NCBI GenBank assembly: GCA_028826165.1
Contig: JAPDFW010000116.1
Location: forward strand, 113,392 to 177,391
Direction of reading: 5' to 3'
Length of the DNA: 64,000 bases
Source of the DNA: Anaeramoeba ignava BMAN
Lineage: Eukaryota > Protista > Anaeramoebae
The position numbers and the translations under genes are program-made. Numbering within the stretch: position 1 is the first letter of the stretch; every line of letters begins with the position of its first letter. This document shows, one piece after another, positions 52,364 to 64,000 of the stretch. The notes under the pieces are model-generated. The model searched no databases. It worked only from the letters and a program-made list of their open reading frames with translations, and was not told where the DNA came from.

Positions 52364-55300
52364 ATGCTTTCTCCTCAAAAATTTTATTTTTCATCTGCAA
52401 AGAATTATCAACATATTTTACTTAATCAAATTGCAAAAAGAAAATATGGTGATTTAAAAGAAAAAGATAAAGTTTTTACAAATCTTCATGGAAAACTTGG
52501 TTGGGATTTTAAGGTAAAAAAATTTGTCAAACAAAAAATCAAAATAAAAACCAATTAAATAAAGTTTTTGTAATAAAAAATTTCTGTTAATTTATTTGTT
52601 AATTTATTTCTTTAATTAAGTCTGCAATAAAAAGGGGGGATTGGTCAAACACAAAAAATATTATTGAAAAAGGGAAAAAACATATTATTGATGAAATAAA
52701 AGCGAGTGGATTAAGAGGTAGAGGAGGTGCTGGTTTTCCAACAGGAGTTAAATGGTCTTTTATGCCTCAAAATAGTGAAAAGTAATTAAATATTAAATAT
52801 TAAATTAAATATTAAATATTAAATTAAATATTAAATATTAAATTGAATAAAATATTAAATATTAAATTGAATTAAATATTAAATATTAAATATTAAATAT
52901 TGAATTAAATACTAAATTGAATTAAATATTAAATATTAAACATTAAATTGAATATTAAATATTAAATTGAATTAAATATTAAATTGAATTGAATATTAAA
53001 TATTGAATATTAAATATTGAATTAAATATTAAATATTAAATATTAAATTGAATTAAATATTAAATATTAAATATTAAATTGAATTAAATATTAAATATTA
53101 AATATTAAATTGAATTAAATATTAAATATTAAATTGAATTAAATATTAAATTGAATTAAATATTAAATTGGATTAAATATTGAATATTAAATTGAATTAA
53201 ATATTAAATATTAAATATTAAATATTAAATATTAAATATTAAATATTAATTTGAATTAAATATTAAATTGGATTGAATAATAAATTAAACATTAAATTGA
53301 ATTAAATATTAAATATTAAATTGAATTAAATATTAAATTGAATTAAATATTAAATATTAAATATTAAATTGAATTAAATATTAAATATTAAATATTAAAT
53401 TGAATTAAATATTGAATTGAATTGAATTGAATAATAAATTAAATATTAAATATTAAATATTAAATATTAAATTGAATTAAATATTAAATATTAAATATTA
53501 AATTGAATATTAAATATTAAATATTAAATTGAATTAAATATTAAATTGAATTAAATATTAAATATTAAATATTAAAATATTAAATATTAAATTGGATTAA
53601 ATATTAAATATTAAATATTAAATTGAATAAAATATTAAATATTAAATTGAATTAAATATTAAATATTAAATTGAATTAAATATTAAATATTAAATTGAAT
53701 TAAATATTAAATATTAAATTGAATTAAATATTAAATATTAAATTAATTAAATATTAAATATTAAATTGAATTAAATATTAAATATTAAATTGAATTAAAT
53801 ATTAAATATTAAATTGAATTAAATATTAAAAATTAAATATTAAATTAAATATTAAATATTAAATATTAAATTGAATTAAATATTAAATTAAATATTAAAT
53901 TGAATTAAATATTAAAATTAAAATTAAAATTGAAAATTAAATATTAAAATTAAATAATTAAATATTAAATTGAATTAAATATTAAATATTAAATTGAATT
54001 AAATATTAAATTGAATTAAATATTAAATTGAATTAAATTGAATTAAATATTAAATATTAAATTGAATTAAATATTAAATATTAAATTGGATTAAATATTA
54101 AATTAAATATTAAATATTAAATATTAAATATTAAATATTAAATATTAAATATTAAATATTAAATTGAATTAAATATTAAATATTAAATATTAAATTAAAT
54201 TGAATATTAAATTAAATATTAAATATTAAATTGAATTAAATATTAAATATTAATTTGAATTGAATTAAATATTAAATTGAATTGAATTAAATATTAATTT
54301 GAATTGAATTAAATATTAAAAATTGAATTGAATTGAATTTTCTTATAAAAAATATAAGACCATCTTACTTAATTATTAATGCAGACGAAGGAGAACCAGG
54401 AACTTGCAAAGATAGAGAAATCATGCGAAATGATCCACAAAAACTACTTGAAGGATGTTTACTAGCTGGATATGCAATGAACTGCAAAGCAGCATACATT
54501 TACATTCGAGGAGAATTTCAAGAAGTAAGAAAACGTGTTGAAGAAGCAATCAAACAAGCATATGAAAAAGGAAAACTTGGAAAGAACGCCTGCAACACGG
54601 GATACGATTTCGACGTTCGCATTCACAGCGGAGCAGGAGCATATGTTTGCGGGGAAGAAACAGCACTAATTGAATCACTTGAAGGAAAACCAGGAAAACC
54701 AAGACTCAAACCGCCCTATCCTCCACAACATGGTTTATGGGGAAATCCAACAAACGTCAACAACGTTGAAACAATTTCTTCTTGTCCTGAAATTCTTCGT
54801 CGAGGATCTTCTTGGTACAATTCACTCGGAAGAAAAAACAATCACGGCACAAAAATTTTTTCAATTTCGGGACATGTCAACCGACAATGTGTTATTGAAG
54901 AAGAAATGAGTATCCCACTCAAAAAGCTCATTGAAAAGCATGCTGGCGGTGTGAGAGGCGGCTGGGAAAATCTACTCGCTATAATTCCCGGCGGTTCTTC
55001 AACGTCCCTAATTCCACGTCAGCAATGCGAAGAAGTTTTGATGGATTATGATTCGCTTTCTCAAGTAAAAAGCTCATTTGGTACAGGCGCTATTATTGTC
55101 ATGGATAAGTCAACTGATGTCGTAAAGGCTATTGCAAGACTCTCAAAGTTTTATCACCATGAATCTTGTGGTCAGTGTGTTCCATGCAGAGAAGGTACTG
55201 CTTATCTAGATAAAATTATGCATAGAATTCTTGATGGTGTTGCTAAATTAGAGGAAATTGATATGCTTCTTGAAATCACTCAATCTATGAAAGGTACAAC

Positions 55301-55391
55301 TATTTGTGCTTTGGCTGAAGCTGCTGCTTTGCCTATTGAAGGTTTGTTGAGACATTTTAGAGATGAAGTTGAGAAGAAAATTAGAAAGTAG
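52364..55391 (+). CDS. nuoF: NADH dehydrogenase 51-kDa flavoprotein (NuoF/NDUFV1) with an N-terminal presequence; introns 52514-52620 and 52782-54358
   Basis: [68 protein letters not shown]. Confidence 0.96.
52785..54340. repeat. intronic ATTAAAT / ATTGAATTAAAT minisatellite (~1.5 kb)
   Basis: Direct reading of NuoF intron 2. Confidence 0.9.
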
Positions 55392-55915
55392 AAAGAATTA
55401 AAAAGTTGAAGTTTTTTTTTTTTTTTTTTAATTTGACAGAATTTCAATTTAACCCAAAATTAATCAATAAAATTAATCAATAAAATTAATCAATAAAATT
55501 AATCAATAAAATTAATCAATAAAATTAATCAATAAAATTAAAATTAAAATTAAAATTAAAATTAAAATTAAAAATTAAAATCAAAATTAAAATCAAAATC
55601 AAAATTAAAATTAAAATAAAATCAAAATAAAAATTTAAAATCAAATTAAAAATCAAATTTAAAATCATTTTTAAAATTAAAATTAAAATTAAAATCATTT
55701 TTTTCATTTTTTTCATTTTTTTCTTTTTCTTTTTAAATGCATAAATCGAAATCAACAAAAACTTTATCAGATGAAATAAAAAATAAATACTCTATAAAAT
55801 TTGTTAATTCTCATACAAGTTTGTTTTATTTTCTTTATTTTAAAAAAAAATAATTTAAGAAAACAACAAAATAAAAAATTTTTTTCTTTTCTTTCCTTTT
55901 CTTTTTTAAAAAGAA

Positions 55916-57908
55916 ATGCCACAAACAATAATTTATCCAATAACACCAACAAAAGAAATTGTAACAGATAGTTCACAAATTAAAGAAACTCATCATTGTA
56001 AAAAAGCTGTAAATTCATTATAAATTTAATTTTAATTTTAATTTTAATTTTAATTTTAATTTTAATTTTAATTTTAAATTTTAATTTTAATTTTAATTTT
56101 AATTTTAATTTTAATTTTAATTTTAATTTTTAATTTTAATTTTAATTTTAATTTTAATTTTAAATTTTTAATTTTAATTTTAATTTTAATTTTTAAATTT
56201 TAAATTTGATTTTAATTTTTTAATTTTAATTTTAATTTTAATTTTTTAATTTTAATTTTAATTTTAATTTTAATTTTAATTTTAATTTTAAATTTTAATT
56301 TTAATTTTAATTTTAATTTTAATTTCTAATTGAATTGAATTTTAATTTTAATTTTAATTTTTTAGTTGAAATTAAGTTGGAAAATGAAACCAACTTCAGT
56401 TCTAGTTATTAAAAAAAGAAAAGATCCAACAGCAACAGAATATGCAAAACAATTAATTGAATATTTAACAAAAGAATTAAAAGTATGTGTTCTAATTGAA
56501 CCATCAGCTGTTCAAGATCTTCCAAATATTCCTGCTTTTACAACAGGTTTATATAATTTAAAAAAAATTAAAAAGAAATTTTAATTCAATTTTAATTTGA
56601 AATTGATTTTTTTTAGATGAAAGAAAGATTCTTAATCAATTAGTTGATTTTGTTATTTGTTTAGGTGGAGATGGAACAATGCTTCATATTTCTTCTTTGT
56701 TTTATAATCAACCTTCTCCACCTATTTTAGCTTTTCATTTAGGGACACTTGGTTTTTTAGCAATTTTTGGTAGATAGTTTATTTTTTTAGAATGAATTCT
56801 ATTTCAATTTTAATTTTAATTTTAAATTTAATTTCGATTTGGATTTTAATTTTGAATTGAATTTTAATTTTAATTTTAAATTGAATTTTAAATTTAATTT
56901 TAATTTTAATATTGATTTTAATTTTAATTTTAATTTTAATTTTAATTTTAATTTTAATTTTAATTTTAATTTTAATTTTAATTTTAATTTTAATTTTAAT
57001 TTCGAATTGAATTTTAATTTTAAATTGAATTTTAATTTTAAATTGAATTTTAATTTTAATTTCGAATTTTAAATTGAATTTTAATTTTAAATTGAATTTT
57101 AATTTTAAATTGAATTTTAATTTTAATTTTAATTTTAATTTCGAATTGAATTGAATTTTAATTTTAATTTCGAATTGAATTGAATTTTAATTTTAATTTC
57201 AAAATAAAAATAGATTTCCAAGAATACAAAACAACAATCAATTCAATTATGAAAGGAGAATTTTATATCACATTAAGAACAAGATTAACATGTCAAGTAT
57301 TTTCCAAAAAATCCAAAACATACAAAGAATTCTATGCATTAAATGAAATAGTAATTGATCGAGGAGCAGCAGTATTTCTAGCGAGTTTAGAATGCTTTTG
57401 CGACGATATATGCTTCACAACAATGCAAGGAGATGGAGTGATAATTTCAACACCAACAGGTTCAACGGCTTATTCTTTATCAGCAGGAGGATCAATGGTT
57501 CATCCAACAGTTCCAGGAATCTTATTCACGCCAATTTGCCCCCATTCACTTTCAAACCGTCCACTTATTTTTCCTGATTGTGCTGTTTTGACAATTAGAG
57601 TCGCTGAGAACTCCCGTGGTGGTGCTTCTGTTTTTGTCGATGGAAGAAGAGGAATCAAGCTTTTGAATGGTGATTATGTTATTATTAGAACAAATATGTA
57701 CCCTTTACCTTCTATTAATAGAACTGATGCTATTGCTGATTGGTTTGTTGGCTTATCTTCTATTTTACATTGGAATGAACGTGTTGTTCAAAAAGCTTTT
57801 ACAAAAAATAAAGATTCTTCTCAAAATAAAATTGAAGATAAAAATCAAAATCAAAATCAAAATCAAAATCCAAATCAAAATCAAAATCAAAATCCAAATC
57901 AAAATTAA
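55916..57908 (+). CDS. NADK: NAD kinase, 4 exons (introns about 56009-56365, 56548-56617, 56770-57213)
   Basis: LGGDGTML, GTLGFL, ALNEIVIDRG, GDGVIISTPTGSTAYSLSAGG, TPICPHSLS.RP. Confidence 0.95.
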
Positions 57909-58298
57909 AATCAAAATTTATAAATAAATAAAAATAAAAATAAAAATCAAATCAAAATCCAAATCAAAATCAAAATCAAAATCAAAATCAAAATTTATAA
58001 ATATAAATAAAAATAAAAATCAAAATTAAAATCAAAATCCAAATCAAAATCAAAATCAAAATCAAAATTTATAAATATAAATAAAAATAAAAATCAAAAT
58101 CAAAATATAAATAAAAATTAAAATTAAAAATCAAAATCAAAATAAAGAAGAAATTGAAAGATTTGAAATTCAAAAATTAATTCAAAAACAATCCAAAATT
58201 TTCCAAAAAATGAAACAATTCAAAAATGGAAAAACAAATTTTAAATTTATTTTTTAAAAACAAAAAAAAATAAAAAATAAAAAAAAATAAAAAATAAA

Positions 58299-58369
58299 TG
58301 GTTCTACCAGGATTTGAACCTAGACTGTGAGATTCAAAGTCTCACGTGCTACCCTTACACCATAGAACC
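58299..58369 (-). tRNA. tRNA-Gln (anticodon UUG)
   Basis: GGTTCTATGGTGTAAGGGTAGCACGTGAGACTTTGAATCTCACAGTCTAGGTTCAAATCCTGGTAGAACCA: acceptor stem GGTTCTA/TAGAACC, anticodon arm TGAGA-CTTTGAA-TCTCA, T loop GTTCAAATC, downstream T-runs. Confidence 0.95.
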
Positions 58370-60960
58370 TTTTTAAATAAATTAAATTAATTAATTTATT
58401 TTTTTTCTTATTTTATTTTTTTTTAAAATATCTATTTTTAAATTAATATTTTTAAATATTTAAAATTATTTATTCCACTTTTTTATTTAATTAATATTAT
58501 ATTAATAATTAATTAATAATTTAATATTAATTTATTTATTTTGTTTTAAAATTATTAAATATTTTATTTTTTTTAAAATATCTATTTTTAAATTAATATT
58601 TTTAAATATTTAAAATTATTTATTCCACTTTTTTTATTTTAATAAATATTATATTAATATTTAATTAATAATTTAATAATAATTTATTTATATTTTGTTT
58701 TAAAATTATTAAATATTTTATTTTTTTTAAAATATATATTTTTAAATTAATATTTTTAAATATTTAAAATTATTTATTCCACTTTTTATTTAATAAATAT
58801 TTTATTAATAATTAATTAATAATTTAATACCCTTACACCATAGAACCTTTTAATAAATTAAATTTTAATTAATTTATTTTTCTCTTATTTTATTTTTTTT
58901 TAAAATATCTATTTTTAAATTAATATTTTTAAATATTTAAAATTATTTATTCCACTTTTTATTTAATTAATATTTTATTAATAATTAAATAATAATTTAA
59001 TAATAATTTATTTATATTTTGTTTTAAAATTATTAAATACTTTATTTTTTTTTAAAATATATATTTTTAAATTAATATTTTTAAATATTTAAAATTATTT
59101 ATTCCACTTTTTATTTAATAAATATTTTTATTAATATTTAATTAATAATTTAATATTAATTTATTTATATTTTGTTTTAAAATTATTAAATATTTTATTT
59201 TTTTTTTAAAATATATATTTTTAAATTAATATTTTTAAATATTTAAAATTATTTATTCCACTTTTTATTTAATAAATATTATATTAATATTTAAATTAAT
59301 AATTTAATATTAATTTATTTATATTTTGTTTTAAAATTATTAAATATTTTATTTTTTTTTAAAATATATATTTTTAAATTAATATTTTCAAATATTTAAA
59401 ATTATTTATTCCACTTTTTATTTAATTAATATTATATTAATATTTAATTAATAATTTAATACCCTTACACCATAGAACCTTTTATATAAATTAAATTTTT
59501 ATTTTAATTTTTTTCTTATTTTATTTTTTTTTAAAATATATATTTTTAAATTAATATTTTTAAATATTTAAAATTATTTATTCCACTTTTTATTTAATAA
59601 ATATTATATTAATAATTAATTAATAATTTAATAATAATTTATTTATATTTTGTTTTAAAATTATTAAATATTTTATTTTTTTAAATTAATATTTTTAAAT
59701 ATTTAAAATTATTTATTCCACTTTTTATTTAATTAATATTATATTAATATTTGATTAATAATTTAATAACCTTACACCATAGAACCTTTTTAATAAATTA
59801 AATTTTATTTTAATTTTTTTTTCTTATTTTATTTTTTTTTAAAATATCTATTTTTAAATTAATATTTTTAAATATTTAAAATTATTTATTCCACTTTTTA
59901 TTTAATAAATATTTTATTAATAATTAATTAATAATTTAATAATAATTTATTTATATTTTGTTTTAAAATTATTAAATATTTTATTTTTTTTAAAATATAT
60001 ATTTTTAAATTAATATTTTTAAATAATTAAAATTATTTATTCCACTTTTTATTTAATTAATATTATATTAATAATTAATTAATAATTTAATAATAATTTA
60101 TTTATATTTTGTTTTAAAATTATTAAATATTTTATTTTTTTTAAAATATATATTTTTAAATTAATATTTTTAAATATTTAAAATTATTTATTCCACTTTT
60201 TATTTAATAATAAATATTATATTAATATTTAATTAATAATTTAATAATAATTTATTTATATTTTTTTTTTAAAATTATTAAATATTTTATTTTTTTTTAA
60301 AATATCTATTTTTAAATTAATATTTTTAAATATTTAAAATTATTTATTCCACTTTTTATTTAATTAATATTATATTAATATTTAATTAATAATTTAATTT
60401 AATAACCATAGAGACCTTTTTAAATAAATTTAATTTTATTTTAATTAATTTATTTTCTTATTTTATTTTTAAAAATATATATTTTTAAATTAATATTTTT
60501 AAATATTTTAAATTATTTATTCCACTTTTTATTTAATTAATATTTTATTAATATTTAATTAATAATTTAATACCCTTACACCATAGAACCTTTTTAAATA
60601 AATTAAATTTTAATTTAATTAATTTATTTTTCTTATTTTATTTTTTTTAAAATATATATTTTTAAATTAATATTTTTAAATATTTAAAATTATTTATTCC
60701 ACTTTTTATTTAATTAATATTATATTAATATTTAATTAATAATTTAATAATAATTTATTTATATTTTGTTTTAAAATTATTAAATATTTTATTTTTAAAA
60801 TATATATTTTTAAATTAATATTTTTAAATATTTAAAATTATTTATTCCACTTTTTTATTTAATTAATATTATATTAATATTTAATTAATAATTTAATAAT
60901 AATTTATTTATATTTTGTTTTAAAATTATTAAATATTTTATTTTTTTTAATTAATATTTT
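58370..60960. repeat. tRNA-linked satellite, ~150-175-bp units, ~16 copies, five carrying a tRNA-Gln 5' fragment
   Basis: tattccactttt recurs about every 150-170 bp; (ta)cccttacaccatagaacc at 58828, 59460, 59770, 60405 (degenerate) and 60571. Confidence 0.9.
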
Positions 60961-61121
60961 AAATTTTGTTTTGGTTTCGTTTTTGAATTTGATTTTTAAA
61001 ATGTTTTTGTTCTTTTTGTTTTTATTTTTGAAAATGATTTGAATTGTTGAAAAAAAAAAATGGAATAATTTTTGCTCTTGGTTTTTTTTAAAAAAAAAGA
61101 AAGAAAGAAAGAATCAAAACC

Positions 61122-64000
61122 TCATTTCATTAATATTAATTCTGAGCAAAAATTATAAAGAGGAATGCAATTTCCTAAGTAAATTATATTTTTTTTATCA
61201 AAATAATCATCAATTTGATTATAAATTTCAAGTTCTTGATCTTTAATGACTAAAAGAAGGAAATTTTTCATTAAATTTTGTGAAATTAATCCTTCATGAA
61301 TATTTCTTATTAATCTTTTCAAAACTTTCAAAAATTCATAAGTATTAATGTTAATAAAAGAAGCTTTCAATACTTCTATTTGGAAAGTTGTTAATTCTTT
61401 TTTAAACTTTTGAGGGCAATTTTCTAAGTAAAAATCAAAGTTTTCTGGTAATTTTTCATGAAGAAATAAAAGATGTTTAATTTTTGCAATTTCCCCAAAT
61501 TTTGGCAATCCTTTTTCAAAATAAATGCAAATATTCAAATCCATCTTTTGTTTCATATATTCAAATATTCTTAATTCTGTTAATCCTTCAATAAATTCTT
61601 TCTTTTCTTGATTGATGTTTCTGCAACTTTTAATCACAATTTCGATAATTTCATTAAGAAACTCTTTAAATTATTCTCATCAAGTTCTTTTTCAATTTCT
61701 TTCCATTCCTCTTTCAAAATATCTTTTTGTTTCCATTGTTTATTTTGTAAAAATTGAGTTTTTAAACCATCTTTTCTTTTCCAATAAGAGAAATTTTGGA
61801 TTTCGTTGAGATTTAAAAGAATAGGATTTTTTAAGTATCTAAATTTTTGAGAAATATAATCTTCAACAATTTGCAGATCATGAATTATGTTTTGAGAAAC
61901 GAAATGTTTGAATTCTTTGATATCAAATTTAATGAGTTGTTTTGTATTGAAGTTATTTACTGTAACTGGGAAGTTTAAATCGAAATGTGAATTTTTATCA
62001 TTATCATTATCATTATCATTATCATTATCATTATCATTATCATTATATTTATTGAAAAAGATTTTAGCCAATTTGTTATGAATATTCATAGTATGCTCTA
62101 TTAATGCTGAAATCATTAAATTTTCATTAGATTCTCCTGGTAAACAAATGTATACTTTTTTTTCTCCATTAATTTCGTTGATGAAGTTTTTTGATTGGAT
62201 ATCTTTTGTAAATTGCAAATATTTCATTTCTTTTGTGCTCAATCTCCAAAAATCTTCAAATTCTAAATATAAACTTTTGGTTTCTTTTGTTATGAATTTT
62301 TTAATTTGTATTGTTTCACTTTCTTCTTTTGTGATTTTCCCATTTAGAATATTAAATATAAAGCTTGAGAATTTCAAGAATCCTTCAAATAAATTTAATA
62401 TTTCAAATTCTTGAGTATTATCAAGAACAAGCTGAATCAAAGGATATGATTTCCGGTTTTCATTCTGGTAAAACATATTGATAATTGGATATAAATTTGG
62501 AGGCTCTAAATTAAATATATCCACATTAATTTTGGGTTGTTGTAATTTTGTTTCAATTTCATCTTCTGTTTTTTCTTTAATTTTCTGTATAATTTCTATG
62601 TGTTTATTTTTATAAATTTGGGAAAATATTTCTTCAAATTTTTGTCGGCCATTTTTATTTGGGGAAAATTTTGAAAAGGATAAATCCGAAACTCTAGTAA
62701 TTAAATTTAAAGTCTCATGGTAATAAATCATTGCTTGATAAAGTGAAAGATTTGTTAATTTCGATAAAATTGTCAGGTCATTTATGATATGATCATATAA
62801 ATTCTTGATAAGCTCTTCTTGATTTTCTGGTTTGAAAACACAATTATTGATTATTTCAATGAAATGTTTTGATAATTTATTTGATGGAATAGCAATAGAA
62901 ATAATTGCTAAATGGGTTAATAATCGAATAATTCTAAAAGTGATGGGATTCATTTCTCTTAATGTAAAAGCTGGATTTTGATTTGGGAATTTTGAAACTG
63001 AATATGATAAAACATTCTCGAAAAATTTATCAGAAATTGGGTCTGTCGTTTCAGTAATGTTTTTTGCACAAAAAGAACACCAATTTTGTAGTTTCATATC
63101 TGAATATTTGACATAATTCAAATGTTCATTCTCACAAAATTTCCAATATAATTTTTCCTTTTTGAATTCTTCATAAAATGGATGAGATCCCATTGAAGGC
63201 CAGTATATCTTTTCAAGTTTTTGTTGTTTAATATCAGAATTTCCAACTTGCGATATTAAATCTGATGAAAATAAATAATTGAACGGTTCGAGTTTTAATC
63301 CACTAATAAATTCAATAGAATGAATTGCCATTTTGAAAATTTCTTTGTTTTTAAAACTTGATTCAATTTCTTCAAATTTTTGGAAAAAATAAGAAACAAA
63401 AAAGCTAATTGTTTTTTCTGAAATTAAGCTAAAATGTGATTTTTGAATTCTGAATGTATTGATTTATTTCCATTTTCTTTTTCTTGGTAATAATATAATA
63501 AAGATTTATCTGGGTTTAAATTTGGAATTTTAATTTCAAAAAGTTGTTTTTCAAATTCTAAATCTTGAATATTTTTGTAGAACCTATGTCTTCTGAAAAT
63601 TTTAGGAACTTTTTCGTCAATATATCTTTTCAGTTCATATCTTCCTTCATTTTTTTGTGTTTGATCCAAAATGAATTTTATCCACAATTTCTTTTCTAGA
63701 CTTGGAAGATTTTTGTATGTGTTTTCGATAAATTCTTTGATATTACTCAAACAACTTTTTTTTGCTAATATAAATTTGGCAAGAATTTGTAATGTAATAT
63801 TATTAGAGAAGGATGGAACAATTTCTTTTTCTTTTTCTATTTCCAAATTTGTATTTGGATCTAAATATAAACTTAAATTTAATTGATTTATCTCTTCTTC
63901 TTCTTCTTCTTTTGATTTTTGGAGATTTTGTGATTTTGATGATAGTTTTAATTTTGTTTTTGGTTTTTGTTGAACCTTTCTATTTGGTTTTGAATTTGAT
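61122..64000 (-). CDS. 3' part of an RNF213/mysterin-like giant protein (5' end beyond the window); apparent 1-nt frameshifts near 61665 and 63440
   Basis: RZ-finger-like CENEH...CSFC followed by REMNPITFRIIRLLTHLAI, resembling the segment after the RNF213 RZ finger; frames join if one A is added to homopolymers. Confidence 0.6.

Noticed and set aside
58828-60590. Additional or split tRNA genes in the satellite
   Set aside because: Only 12-20 nt of the 5' end is present, with no anticodon or T arm and no matching 3' halves in the window

Overview
Extremely AT-rich, intron-containing eukaryotic DNA. NuoF with an N-terminal presequence, prokaryote-like peroxiredoxin and HD genes, BTB-domain paralogues and NQ-repeat proteins fit an anaerobic protist; an Anaeramoeba-like metamonad is my inference only. 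The window holds about 20 protein genes, including an eIF4G-like gene, ankyrin-BTB, IDI, Prx, HD hydrolase, Rpt3, a SIM-RING protein, RBBP4/MSI1, two BTB-TLDc paralogues, F-box/TM, Raptor, bZIP, an Eps15-like gene, PIG-C, NuoF, NAD kinase and an RNF213-like 3' end. It also has tRNA-Gln(UUG), several satellite arrays and one intact 3.0-kb DNA transposon. Top finding: the last 'intron' of each BTB-TLDc paralogue is a tandem array of complete ~180-nt GT..AG introns separated by variable 3-nt micro-exon candidates (2 in one gene, 6 in the other). All have the form N-T-N in phase 1, so any combination builds stop-free NNT codons in one TLDc loop, a candidate combinatorial diversification system. 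Second finding: a PIF/Harbinger-superfamily transposase fused to a Ulp1-like protease and an RHH-like N-terminus. Many single-base frameshifts at homopolymers, even in Rpt3, look like assembly errors.
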